A stretch of DNA of 32,672 nucleotides. Source: an uncultured Desulfomonile sp. (GTDB lineage Bacteria > Desulfobacterota > Desulfomonilia > Desulfomonilales > Desulfomonilaceae). The notes under the pieces are model-generated. The model was not told the origin of the DNA. It searched no databases and was given only the letters and a program-made list of their open reading frames with translations. The DNA lies in contig CAIXMD010000431.1 in NCBI GenBank assembly GCA_903920415.1, positions 1-32,672 on the forward strand, written 5' to 3'. Positions 9,201-17,475 of the stretch are shown one piece after another. The translations under genes and the position numbers were made by a program. How positions within the stretch are numbered: position 1 is the stretch's first letter; each line of letters opens with the position of its first letter.

Positions 9201-9801
9201 CGTCAATGAGCTCGCACTGGACGAGTACGAAGGAGAAAAAGAGCGGTTTGATTTTCTTACTGAACAAAAAGAGGATCTGCTCAGCGCAGAAGCACAGCTT
9301 CGTTCGACCATTGATGAAATCAACAAAACCGCGCTTGGAAAATTTGACGAAACTTTCCGTGCAGTGAGAAAAAACTTTATCACTATTTTCCGGGAACTCT
9401 TCGATGCAGAAGATGAAGTGGATCTGCTCATTCATCAAAGTGAAGACCCATTGGACGCACATATTGAAATTGTTGCCAAACCGAAAGGGAAAAAACCACT
9501 CTCGATCGAGCAGCTCAGCGGTGGAGAAAAGGCTCTGACCGCCCTTTCTCTCCTCTTTGCCATATATCTGGTTAAACCGAGTCCCTTCTGTATCCTTGAC
9601 GAAGTTGATGCCCCGTTGGACGATGCAAATGTCACCCGTTTTATTAAACTTCTGAAAAAATTTGAGAATAACACCCAATTCATTATTGTTACGCACAACA
9701 AAAAAACCATGGCTTCCTGCCAGGCCCTTTATGGTGTCACAATGGAAGAGGAAGGGGTGTCAAAACTGATACCTGTACGACTTGAAAAAATAAAGGGTTG
9801 A
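6265..9801 (+). CDS. smc: chromosome partition protein Smc
   Basis: Canonical start MYLSKIELFGFKSF at 6265. Walker A is GPNGCGKTN. A long coiled coil and a hinge follow, then the signature LSGGEKALTALSLLFA and Walker B FCILDEVDAPLD. Confidence 0.95.
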   Translation: MYLSKIELFGFKSFAHKVRIKFDKGLTAIVGPNGCGKTNVVDAMRWVLGEQKSSLLRSAKMENIIFNGSKNLKPLSLTEVSLTIENTRNILPVEYTEVTVTRRLYRSGESEFLLNQVSCRLKDILDLFTDTGMGSDAYSVIELKMIEEIISNKSEERLKLFEEAAGITRYKQRRKQTFKLLESASRDLSRVDDVLAEVEKKVKSLKLQVRKAEKLRELKKEIQGIDLSLSWLAMEEFHEKLEPMQQRIREEELVNHACAAKIASEDSTAQTTELLLLQEETKLSEIQKKLNESNQHIHALEKQLLQYEEHQKNLVTETERFKIIISEKELKIREQELLHSELTQRKAPCEEACTALHSAFQNLVSEHEQLNTTLKAERTALSLERKLSAEEQSASNQLALTKRTLESKKEYLRTTCERLEIKKLAILEKLNASRSDEEQLSKEITIKTAKIAEAKSRERVLREQQEAVSTEIEAKKESLLLQRSSRDKLHNQILLADAVLDNFEGMPEGIGFLEKQKNGKHGLGCMTDLLSLESSYKKAVNAALGESMSYYVCRSLTEAKEGIANLTSSNKGKVNFLVLDLVAGQSDKDYPVINGAIKTLEVLAYPQELHDALLLMLNKSYIVPDLRTAETLALVNRDCSFVTLSGETFSGKGILFGGSSKNNEGLRLGKKAERNKLQKELANLEKTIKEEEEILLQLRNKLESIKVAEQQKKIELLTTELGGFEKRLARFEAEQSERKLDEVQTGKEIAAILQQKNACENELNELLPAISIGISKSALLGDKIRQMQENLITLEARHHQFGLEVQASQSRYKDSLLELEKLRINITACTENRHSLSEEIQKLNTDIDTAEKKKQISYETSKKIKEELDALLIVAAEKQKAVNDLESAYREHQARHHETQATLRDLRRKHEVGQQLLSTLNSERMQLEHSLDHLFTEAQLKYNCDLASMTPPVIEESFDRKAAQQKLEILTRQREQFGAVNELALDEYEGEKERFDFLTEQKEDLLSAEAQLRSTIDEINKTALGKFDETFRAVRKNFITIFRELFDAEDEVDLLIHQSEDPLDAHIEIVAKPKGKKPLSIEQLSGGEKALTALSLLFAIYLVKPSPFCILDEVDAPLDDANVTRFIKLLKKFENNTQFIIVTHNKKTMASCQALYGVTMEEEGVSKLIPVRLEKIKG

Positions 9802-9819
9802 GAGGTACCGGATCGCGAT

Positions 9820-10521
9820 ATGCTGAAAAAACTTGTGTTATTTGATATAGATGGAACGTTGCTGACAGTGAACAGTATCAATCGCCGCATCCTTATGGAT
9901 GCGTTGCGTGAGGTCTACGGCACTGAAGGAAGTGCAGGCACTCACAATTTCGCAGGGAAAATGGACAGTGTCATTATCTATGAAGTACTGCAGAATACCG
10001 GATTGAGTGACGCAGTGATAGCCGAAAAATTCGACAAAGCCAAGAAAACCTATATTGAGATGTTCCGCATGCACGCCAGACATACTGACATCATCCTGAT
10101 GGAAGGCATCCGCGAACTCCTTGACAAGCTTTCAGCAAGTTCTGAACTTATGCTTGGCCTCCTGACCGGCAATTTCGAGGGATCAGGACGGCATAAATTG
10201 CTCCTTCCCGATATAAACCATTACTTTTCATTCGGTGCTTTCGCCGATGATGCAGCGAGTCGCAACGAACTGCCCCAGGTCGCTGTTGATAAAGCATACC
10301 AACTCACCGGGGAAAAATTTTCAGAACAGAATATCATCATTATTGGTGACACAGAACACGATATTGCCTGTGCAAGGGTAGTGAACGCAAAATCTATAGC
10401 TGTAGCAACAGGTACCTATTCATCGGAGGAACTGAAAAAGCACAATCCGCACATTCTCTATGAAAACTTAACGGCGACCGATATTGTTATCAGTGAGATA
10501 CTCCAATCCTCAATAAATTAA
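9820..10521 (+). CDS. HAD-superfamily hydrolase (phosphoglycolate phosphatase-like)
   Basis: Motif I is LFDIDGTLL and motif IV is [13 protein letters not shown]. The gene starts 18 bp after smc. Confidence 0.8.
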   Translation: MLKKLVLFDIDGTLLTVNSINRRILMDALREVYGTEGSAGTHNFAGKMDSVIIYEVLQNTGLSDAVIAEKFDKAKKTYIEMFRMHARHTDIILMEGIRELLDKLSASSELMLGLLTGNFEGSGRHKLLLPDINHYFSFGAFADDAASRNELPQVAVDKAYQLTGEKFSEQNIIIIGDTEHDIACARVVNAKSIAVATGTYSSEELKKHNPHILYENLTATDIVISEILQSSIN

Positions 10522-10531
10522 CTGCTCTTTT

Positions 10532-11047
10532 ATGAAGACGTACCGTCGACAAATACGTGAAAAGATTTTACAGGCACTCTATACCATTGAAATAAGAGAT
10601 ACCGACATAGATTCTGCAGCAGGCTGGCTTTTGACCGAAGAGATTCTTGCTGACGGCAATGCAATGAAGTTTTTCAACACGCTCCTGAAAAACATCAAGG
10701 AGCATATGGAAGAGATTGATCGTTACATTGTAAAGCACACCTTTAACTGGGATATGAGCCGTATCGCTATCATCGATAAAAATATCATCCGGATGGCCCT
10801 GACGGAAATTCTCTTCTGCGAGGATATTCCTCCAAAGGTATCGATCAATGAAGCAATTGAAATAGCAAAAAAATTTAACAGCACTGATAAAAGCAGCAAG
10901 TTCGTCAATGGCATTCTGGACGCCATCTTTAACGACCTTAAAGCGGAGGGGAAAGTCCACAAAAACGGAAGGGGACTTATCGATCAGTCGGTTGCAAAGC
11001 TTCAGAAAACAGAAAGTGACATTGAGAAAACAGAAATCGATACTTGA
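10532..11047 (+). CDS. nusB: transcription antitermination factor NusB
   Basis: [17 protein letters not shown] at the N-terminus and [20 protein letters not shown] near the end, with a short acidic C-terminal tail. Confidence 0.9.
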   Translation: MKTYRRQIREKILQALYTIEIRDTDIDSAAGWLLTEEILADGNAMKFFNTLLKNIKEHMEEIDRYIVKHTFNWDMSRIAIIDKNIIRMALTEILFCEDIPPKVSINEAIEIAKKFNSTDKSSKFVNGILDAIFNDLKAEGKVHKNGRGLIDQSVAKLQKTESDIEKTEIDT

Positions 11048-11052
11048 GAGGT

Positions 11053-11691
11053 ATGGCATTAACCCCTGAAGAAAAAATTGTTTTTCTCAATCAGGCGCTT
11101 GGCGGCAAATATCCGAATCCGAAAAGCGAACTGCAATACGACAGCCCGTTTCAGTTGCTTGTCTCCACAATTATGGCGGCTCAGGCAACCGACAGGCAGG
11201 TTAATATCATTACCAGGGAACTGTTCAAGTATGCTCCAGATGCCGAAAGTATAAGCAGGATGGAACTTGACACTGTAATCAGCTTTGTTCGCTCGATCAA
11301 TTATTACAATACGAAGGCGAAAAACATCCTGGAAGCAAGCCGGATACTTGTTACGCGCTATAACGGCAAGGTGCCTGAAACAAGGGAGGAGCTGGAGAGT
11401 TTACCGGGGGTGGGAAGAAAAACAGCGAATGTTGTCTTAAGCAATGCCTTTAACCAGGCTGTCATGCCTGTTGACACTCATGTGCACCGGGTTTCAAATA
11501 GAATCGGTCTGGTAAAAACCGAGAAGCCAGAGCAGACTGAAACAGAACTGATGAAAATCATTCCCGAAGCATGGGTCATAGATTTTCATCACTACCTGCT
11601 CCTGCACGGGCGTTACACTTGCAAGGCGAAAAAGCCGGAATGTCCACGTTGTGGTGTACGCATTGTCTGCGATTATCCCGAAAAAAACTAA
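11053..11691 (+). CDS. nth: endonuclease III (DNA-(apurinic/apyrimidinic site) lyase)
   Basis: The ORF track starts at a TTG (11044). I prefer the ATG at 11053 (MALTPEEK), 5 bp after the nusB stop. The HhH-GPD motif is LPGVGRKTANVVL and the 4Fe-4S cluster loop is C-x6-C-x2-C-x5-C (CKAKKPECPRCGVRIVC). Confidence 0.9.
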   Translation: MALTPEEKIVFLNQALGGKYPNPKSELQYDSPFQLLVSTIMAAQATDRQVNIITRELFKYAPDAESISRMELDTVISFVRSINYYNTKAKNILEASRILVTRYNGKVPETREELESLPGVGRKTANVVLSNAFNQAVMPVDTHVHRVSNRIGLVKTEKPEQTETELMKIIPEAWVIDFHHYLLLHGRYTCKAKKPECPRCGVRIVCDYPEKN

Positions 11692-12155
11692 CCAAGTTCT
11701 ATTTTACGGTCGACCGCATAGATCCACTCGCCTTCCGGCCGCTGCCGATTACCGGCCCACAGTTCAAGCGTCACACCTTTTCCTGACACTACCTGAGAAG
11801 TAAATATCTCAACCTGATAGTAGAGTTCATCCAGCAGATCATCCCAGACATTGTCGAGGGTGAGCCCGTCATTGATATAGGCTTGACTGGGCTTTAGCGT
11901 AGGGGGTGTATGATCGACGGATTGGAAGTAGTCGCTGATGTAGATAAAACTGTCGGGCATGAGGAAGCCTGCCCTGAAGGTGCCTCGTGGACGCTGAATG
12001 CCGGGGACTTCGATCCAGAATTCGAGATGGGTGTGGGGGGTGAGTTTGCCGTCGGCAAAGAGTTTTTCAATCAGCTGCTGAACAGTTTGACGAATGAGTG
12101 CCTTGTTTTCAAGGGAAAGCTCATTCATTTTGAAGTCAGGAGTGTGGTCACGCAT
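11688..12155 (-). CDS. hypothetical protein (no family recognised)
   Basis: 155-aa ORF with an ATG at 12155 and an alternative ATG at 12128. The composition looks protein-like. Its stop codon (11688-11690) overlaps the nth stop codon (11689-11691). Confidence 0.55.
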   Translation of the reverse strand: MRDHTPDFKMNELSLENKALIRQTVQQLIEKLFADGKLTPHTHLEFWIEVPGIQRPRGTFRAGFLMPDSFIYISDYFQSVDHTPPTLKPSQAYINDGLTLDNVWDDLLDELYYQVEIFTSQVVSGKGVTLELWAGNRQRPEGEWIYAVDRKIELG

Positions 12156-12214
12156 GTTGTTTTGCAGTAAGATTTTGAGTGGATTACTTACAATAAATAT
12201 AGTGTTCTTTTGTT

Positions 12215-12252
12215 ATAGGACCTATAGGACTTATTAGACCTATAGGTCCTAT
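12215..12252. repeat. four tandem 9-mers (consensus ATAGGACCT) with dyad symmetry
   Basis: The units are ATAGGACCT, ATAGGACTT, ATTAGACCT and ATAGGTCCT at 12215-12250. The outer arms ATAGGACCTATAGGAC (12215-12230) and GACCTATAGGTCCTAT (12237-12252) form a near-perfect inverted repeat. The palindrome CCTATAGG occurs twice. Confidence 0.75.
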
Positions 12253-14090
12253 AAAGAGAGGTGATCTCCGGTAAAAAAGGCTTGCCTCAACCCCCGCACC
12301 GAGTTTGCAATATAGATCATATCGGCGGAGTGGAGCTCATTGATGGTTATGAGTTTTTCAGAAGCATTGGAGCGAGTGGCAAGAAAGTATTGGCGAAAAA
12401 TACCGTTCAAAAGCCCGCAACTCACTGGCGGAGTATAGAAATATCGGTTTTTACTGATAAAAAGATTGCTGATTGCCCCTTCTGTTAACTCTCCACGCTC
12501 ATTGAGAAACAGCACTTCGTCATACCCTTTTTCACGGGCCAGTCTGTAATAACGGTCATAAAGAGCCCTCTCCGTTGTTTTGTGATACAGTGAGAGATTT
12601 GATGAATCAGTGCGATGGGTGGCAAGGCAGAGGCGAACTGGTGCGCCTGAATTATCTGCCTCTGCCAAAAGAGAGTCGGTAGAAAATGTTCCCTGAAATG
12701 AAAGGGTAAGCTTGACTTTAAAGCGATGCCCCCGTCGACGCAACTCCTCTTCAAGCTGAGTCAGGATCTTCATTGCTGCTGCATGGTCATAAGGATACTC
12801 CAATGCCCGGGCTGATAATGCAAGACGGTCAAGATGCTCCTCAAGCCAGAGATAACTTCCTGCCCATAGAATGCTTTCAAACAGTTCAAAATGTGAATTG
12901 CCACCCTCCGTAAGAATTTTCGTTTTAAGCTGGCACTCCCGATACTCCTCCTGTTGAAGAGAGTCCCACACTATTCCACTGCCCGAGCCATAGAGGCCTT
13001 CCTCTTCAGATAACTCAACCGTCCTGATCGCCACGTTAAAGACCATATCGCGGTCAGGAGTGATAAAACCGATGGCCCCGGTATAAACTCCTCTGGGCTC
13101 GGGTTCAAGAGCCTGGATGAGTTGCATGGCCTTTATTTTTGGGGCTCCCGTTATCGATCCGGAAGGATAAAGCGCTTTGAACAAATCATACAAGCCGACA
13201 TTTTCTCTCACTTCTCCCCGGATTGTAGAAACCATCTGATGAAGAGTCGGATAGGTTTCAGTTGCGAACAGCTCTTGCGTGTCGATCGATCCCGGGCGGC
13301 ATATCCTTCCAAGATCATTGCGCAACAGATCAACAATCATTAGATTTTCAGCAAGGTTTTTTTTGCATTGCGAAAGGCCCTCTCTCAAACGACTGTCCTC
13401 TTCGGCACTGCTTCCTCGCGGAGCAGTTCCCTTCATCGGCATAGTTTCAATAACCATTCCGCGTTTTCTAAAGAAAAGCTCAGGCGAAAAAGAAAGAATG
13501 GTGCGGTCACCGCTTTTAAGGAAGGCAGTATATGATAAGGGTTGCGCCGCTCTCAATCCACCAAAAAGAGCTGAGGAAGTGTCGTTGAATGTAAACCTGT
13601 TACGGCCTGTAAAGTTCACCTGATAAACGTTGCCAGCGGCGATTTCATTTTTAATCGTCCTTATCTTCTCTCCATACTCTTCTATGGAAAGGTTGAACGA
13701 TACTGCGCCAGGGGCAGCCGATTCATGTTCAGAAAACAGCTGTTCGACCACCCTCTCTGAAACATGTTCTGGTTCCCTGTAAACCCCAAACCAGGCAAGT
13801 GGTGAAAGGGCATTTTTTGAACCATCAATCGAAAAAAGAGTCGGTTCAAAACCATAACCGACCTCATAACTCAGCCATCCGGCCAGAAAATATCCCTTGG
13901 CAAGTTTTTCCTCCAGGGTACAAAAGAAACCCTCCAGTTCAGTAAGAGCTATAAGCGTTACCACCTCCAGTGGATCCGAAAAAAGCAGCGCTCCGGCATT
14001 AAGCCCTTTACAGAATGCCGATTCAAACCAAAGTGAGCCGTCCCTTGTAAGGGCATCAGCGATCCTTTCAGCGATTGCCGATCCCTCCAT
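12249..14090 (-). CDS. pabB: aminodeoxychorismate synthase component I fused to an aminodeoxychorismate lyase-like (class IV aminotransferase fold) domain
   Basis: Chorismate-utilising motifs are SFSPELFF, PMKGTAPRG, IVDLLRNDLGR, GSITGAPK and GVYTGAIGF. The C-terminal ~200 aa carry a class IV aminotransferase-type segment (DEVLFLNERGELTEGAISNLF). The ORF track starts at a TTG (14105); I prefer the ATG at 14090. Confidence 0.85.
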   Translation of the reverse strand: MEGSAIAERIADALTRDGSLWFESAFCKGLNAGALLFSDPLEVVTLIALTELEGFFCTLEEKLAKGYFLAGWLSYEVGYGFEPTLFSIDGSKNALSPLAWFGVYREPEHVSERVVEQLFSEHESAAPGAVSFNLSIEEYGEKIRTIKNEIAAGNVYQVNFTGRNRFTFNDTSSALFGGLRAAQPLSYTAFLKSGDRTILSFSPELFFRKRGMVIETMPMKGTAPRGSSAEEDSRLREGLSQCKKNLAENLMIVDLLRNDLGRICRPGSIDTQELFATETYPTLHQMVSTIRGEVRENVGLYDLFKALYPSGSITGAPKIKAMQLIQALEPEPRGVYTGAIGFITPDRDMVFNVAIRTVELSEEEGLYGSGSGIVWDSLQQEEYRECQLKTKILTEGGNSHFELFESILWAGSYLWLEEHLDRLALSARALEYPYDHAAAMKILTQLEEELRRRGHRFKVKLTLSFQGTFSTDSLLAEADNSGAPVRLCLATHRTDSSNLSLYHKTTERALYDRYYRLAREKGYDEVLFLNERGELTEGAISNLFISKNRYFYTPPVSCGLLNGIFRQYFLATRSNASEKLITINELHSADMIYIANSVRGLRQAFFTGDHLSL

Positions 14091-14091
14091 A

Positions 14092-15645
14092 TCAGGCAGC
14101 TTCAATGATAATTGTTTTTTGAAGAACAGTTTCTATCAATGATTTCAGCTGTTCTGCTGCCCAGATTTCAATATCGGGTTCAAAACGAGGTGTAACATGC
14201 AGGGTAATCACACTCCCTTTCACGGTAACAGTAACGTTCTGGATGTTCTGCCGATGACCACGCTCAAGGCCGTTAGCCAGACGAAGAAGGCCTGACAGCA
14301 CATCAACAGCCCTTTTTTGCATTGGCTTGAGAATACTGTAGGCTGCATGCTTCTCTGAAGGGGGCGATTTGCGGTGATAGCGGGCGACATGGGCTATAAT
14401 CTCGATTTCAGTTGGAGAAAAACCGCGAAGTTCGCCATTAAGAATGATATACTGACTGTGTTTGTGATGGGAGGAGATGGAAATAAAAGATCCGATGTTA
14501 TGCAGTAGTGAGGCATATTCGAGAAGTTCCCGATAGGGTGCTTCAAGATGGTGAAACGGAGCCAGACTGTCGAACAGCTGCAGGGCGAGACTGGCAACAT
14601 GCTCTCCATGATTCAGATTCCAGTCACAACGACATCCAAGCTCATAAACACTCTCCTTGCGGATATCAAGCTCATGCTCCTCGTCATTCGAAGGATTAAC
14701 CCGATCTTTGAGATAGTGAAGCACCATACCCTCCCGAAGGGCGTAATCTGAGACAACGATTTCTTGGAGATTGAAAATCCTGAAAATCATATCAACAAGA
14801 ATCAGGCCCGGCACAATCAAATCAACCCTGTTTGCATCAAGACCGGTAAATTTCCTGCGTTCAAGAGAACCAAGAGGAATCAGTGTGGTATAAAGAGCCT
14901 GAAACTCCTTTCTGGTAAAAACGCTATTGTTGAGTGATGCTTTGTTCGGCCTGCCATTCATCGATCCTATCATGCGGGCAATATTCTGAGCCGTCCCGGA
15001 AGATGCTATAGCGCGGACGACTTTCAGCTTTGAGGCTTTTGCGACAGCAGAAACCATCTCTGCCGAAAAGAATTGTTCAAGCATCTTGATTTCAGACGCG
15101 GCAATCGGATCTGTAGAGATGAACCGTTCATACATTCTGGCAACGCCTATTTTACGGCTCTCAAGAAGTTGTACTCCCTTATTATTCGCAATAATAAACT
15201 CGACCGACCCACCGCCAATATCAAAAAGAAGATCAAACGTTGCACCTATCTTGACAGATTTACGAACTCCGTAATAGATAAACTCCGCCTCCTCCCGTCC
15301 TGATATAACTCTGACTTTGAGACCGGTTTCGTCCCGAATCCTCCGGAGAAAATCAAGTCTGTTTTTTGCTTCACGGATAGCACTTGTCGCAAATGCAATA
15401 ACATTTTCCGGTGCGACGCCATGATGAGCGGCAAGAACAAGAAAGTTCTTTAATGCTACAATACCCGACTGCATCGCCTCTTCATCAAGCATTTTCGTTG
15501 AAATACTGCCTCGACCAATACAAATCATATTTTTAACACGGTCAATCTCAACAATACCCTTGCCCCTGCTCTCTTCGACAATTATCATGTGGAAGGAGTT
15601 GGTGCCGAGATCAATAGCCGCTACTCTCAATTTTTCAGTGGTCAT
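14092..15645 (-). CDS. ppx: exopolyphosphatase / guanosine pentaphosphate phosphohydrolase (Ppx/GppA) with a C-terminal HD domain
   Basis: Probable start is MTTEKLRVAAIDLGTNSFHMIIVE at 15645. Contains the DIGGGSVEF actin-like ATPase fold motif and an HD region (LLHNIGSFISISSHHKHSQYI). The 60 upstream codons in the ORF track look non-coding. Confidence 0.9.
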   Translation of the reverse strand: MTTEKLRVAAIDLGTNSFHMIIVEESRGKGIVEIDRVKNMICIGRGSISTKMLDEEAMQSGIVALKNFLVLAAHHGVAPENVIAFATSAIREAKNRLDFLRRIRDETGLKVRVISGREEAEFIYYGVRKSVKIGATFDLLFDIGGGSVEFIIANNKGVQLLESRKIGVARMYERFISTDPIAASEIKMLEQFFSAEMVSAVAKASKLKVVRAIASSGTAQNIARMIGSMNGRPNKASLNNSVFTRKEFQALYTTLIPLGSLERRKFTGLDANRVDLIVPGLILVDMIFRIFNLQEIVVSDYALREGMVLHYLKDRVNPSNDEEHELDIRKESVYELGCRCDWNLNHGEHVASLALQLFDSLAPFHHLEAPYRELLEYASLLHNIGSFISISSHHKHSQYIILNGELRGFSPTEIEIIAHVARYHRKSPPSEKHAAYSILKPMQKRAVDVLSGLLRLANGLERGHRQNIQNVTVTVKGSVITLHVTPRFEPDIEIWAAEQLKSLIETVLQKTIIIEAA

Positions 15646-15837
15646 ACAAATAGTCTGATGGGGATTTATCTTCGCGACAGCAAAATACATGTTTGAAACC
15701 GAAAAGGAAAAGGATGGGGAAGCTGCCCTTTTCTCTTCCGGAGTTTTCAGTGTATATTTGTATCGATATGAACAGATATCCTGCCTTTTCCCGTGGAACA
15801 TCTTTTTTTTGCGACTCGTACACACTGTTTGTCACCT

Positions 15838-16491
15838 ATGAAAAAAATCGACCGCTTAAAACTTCGCTATGAAGTTGCACGAAAAACAATTCATCTCTCC
15901 TCTCTATCAATTCCAGTGATCTACTACTTTATCAGCAGGGATGTCGCACTGCTCTTGCTTGTTCCGCTTTTTGCCGGTTTTTTTCTTGTTGACCTGCTCA
16001 AAAATTTTTACAGCCCGGTTTCAAAATGGTATCACAGCACGTTTGACGCTATGCTGAGAACCCATGAACTTGAAAAAAAACCTTATCTGAACGGAGCAAC
16101 CTACATTACACTTGGTGCTCTTCTACTGGTTATTTTTTTCCCTAAAATTATTGTCATTGCAACCTTTTCCATGGTTTCAATTTCAGATACTTTTGCTGCA
16201 GTTATCGGAAAAGCCTTCGGAAAACACCGGTTTGGAGAAAAAAGCATTGAAGGAAGCATTGCATTTTTTCTCTCCGCACTGGTAATTATTGCCGTTGTAC
16301 CAGAGCTTAATATCGTTATCGGTCTGGTTATGGCTATTGCTGCCACATTGACTGAGACTTTTTTTGTGCGTATCGGAAACTTCAAGGTTGACGATAATCT
16401 TTCCATCCCTCTGGTCAGCGCATCGATAGGCATGCTCTGCTATTTCCTTTTTCTTCCTGAACAAATACCATTCCTCTCCATTGTCCGGTAG
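15838..16491 (+). CDS. CTP-dependent polyprenol (phytol/dolichol) kinase-like membrane protein, CdsA superfamily
   Basis: ATG at 15838 (MKKIDRLKL); the ORF track begins at an upstream GTG. The protein is polytopic. It contains SDTFAAVIGKAFGKHRFGEKSIEGSIAFF, typical of the cytidylyltransferase/phytol kinase family. Confidence 0.7.
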   Translation: MKKIDRLKLRYEVARKTIHLSSLSIPVIYYFISRDVALLLLVPLFAGFFLVDLLKNFYSPVSKWYHSTFDAMLRTHELEKKPYLNGATYITLGALLLVIFFPKIIVIATFSMVSISDTFAAVIGKAFGKHRFGEKSIEGSIAFFLSALVIIAVVPELNIVIGLVMAIAATLTETFFVRIGNFKVDDNLSIPLVSASIGMLCYFLFLPEQIPFLSIVR

Positions 16492-16501
16492 TTGACAACC
16501 G

Positions 16502-17458
16502 ATGCATATCATGCAGACCGCTCTAACCGATTCAGCTAAAGAAGCCGCCGACATCCTTAACTCGGGGGGTGTCGTTGCATTTCCCACAGAAACAGTCTAT
16601 GGCCTTGGCGCAGGAATAGACAATCCTGAGGCTATCAGACAGCTCTTTCATGCAAAAGGCCGTCCGGGCGACAACCCGTTAATAGTTCATATTTACAGTC
16701 TGGAACAGCTGCCTGATGTCGCTGATGACATAAATCAGAGTGCAAGGCTGCTGATTGAACGGTTTTTTCCCGGCCCTCTTACCCTTGTGCTGAAAAAAAA
16801 TCAACGTGTACCTTATTCTGTTACTGCAGGGCTTGAAACTGTCGGAGTCCGATGCCCGGCAAATCCACTTGCACGGGAATTTCTCAGTTATTGCTCCTCT
16901 CCTGTTGCTGCTCCCTCAGCAAATCTTTCAGGGCTGCCAAGCGCTACAAGCTGGGAAACAGTCTATGAGGATCTTCAGGGAAAAATCAACGCTGTCCTCC
17001 GAGGAAAGCCTAGTGCTATCGGCCTTGAATCGACCATTGTAGATTGTTCCTGCTCAGTGCCGATACTGCTCAGAGCCGGTGCCATAACCCTTGAACAATT
17101 GCAGGCTGTTCTTCCTGCAATCATAGTAAATGCGCCAACGGATACGCAGGAAGCGCCAAAAAGTCCTGGTCTGAAATATCCGCACTATGCTCCAAAAGCA
17201 TCGATTCGTCTATTACAGACCAATGATACGATAACCACCGGTCCCTCTTCGGGATATATCGGTCTTTCCGCACCTCCTGAAGGAGTTTCACTCTTCAAAA
17301 TCTGCCATGATCTTGAGGAGTACGGCCGGGAACTATTCAGCTTTTTCCGCCACTGTGATGCTCTGGGCATCAACGTAATTTACTGCGAACTGCCTGCAAA
17401 CAAAGGGATAGGCAGAGCGATCCGGGACAGACTGATAAGGGCGTCGGAAAGCCATTAA
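16502..17458 (+). CDS. tsaC: L-threonylcarbamoyladenylate synthase (Sua5/YwlC type, with Sua5 C-terminal domain)
   Basis: YrdC-domain motifs VAFPTETVYGLGA, KGRPGDNPLIVH and APSANLSG are present. A ~110-aa C-terminal domain follows. Confidence 0.9.
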   Translation: MHIMQTALTDSAKEAADILNSGGVVAFPTETVYGLGAGIDNPEAIRQLFHAKGRPGDNPLIVHIYSLEQLPDVADDINQSARLLIERFFPGPLTLVLKKNQRVPYSVTAGLETVGVRCPANPLAREFLSYCSSPVAAPSANLSGLPSATSWETVYEDLQGKINAVLRGKPSAIGLESTIVDCSCSVPILLRAGAITLEQLQAVLPAIIVNAPTDTQEAPKSPGLKYPHYAPKASIRLLQTNDTITTGPSSGYIGLSAPPEGVSLFKICHDLEEYGRELFSFFRHCDALGINVIYCELPANKGIGRAIRDRLIRASESH

Positions 17459-17475
17459 ACTCCCCATAAATATTT

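Noticed and set aside
6817-9710. Series of minus-strand ORFs inside smc (for example 7344-7907, 8124-8585, 9078-9431, 9172-9696)
   Set aside because: These are S/F/L-rich, low-complexity shadow frames. They are expected opposite the GAA/AAG-rich coiled-coil codons and lie entirely within a well-supported gene.
15646-15825. 60-codon N-terminal extension of ppx in the ORF track
   Set aside because: The Ppx/GppA fold starts at MTTEKLRVAAIDLGTN. The extension would overlap the divergent gene's promoter and start region and has odd composition.
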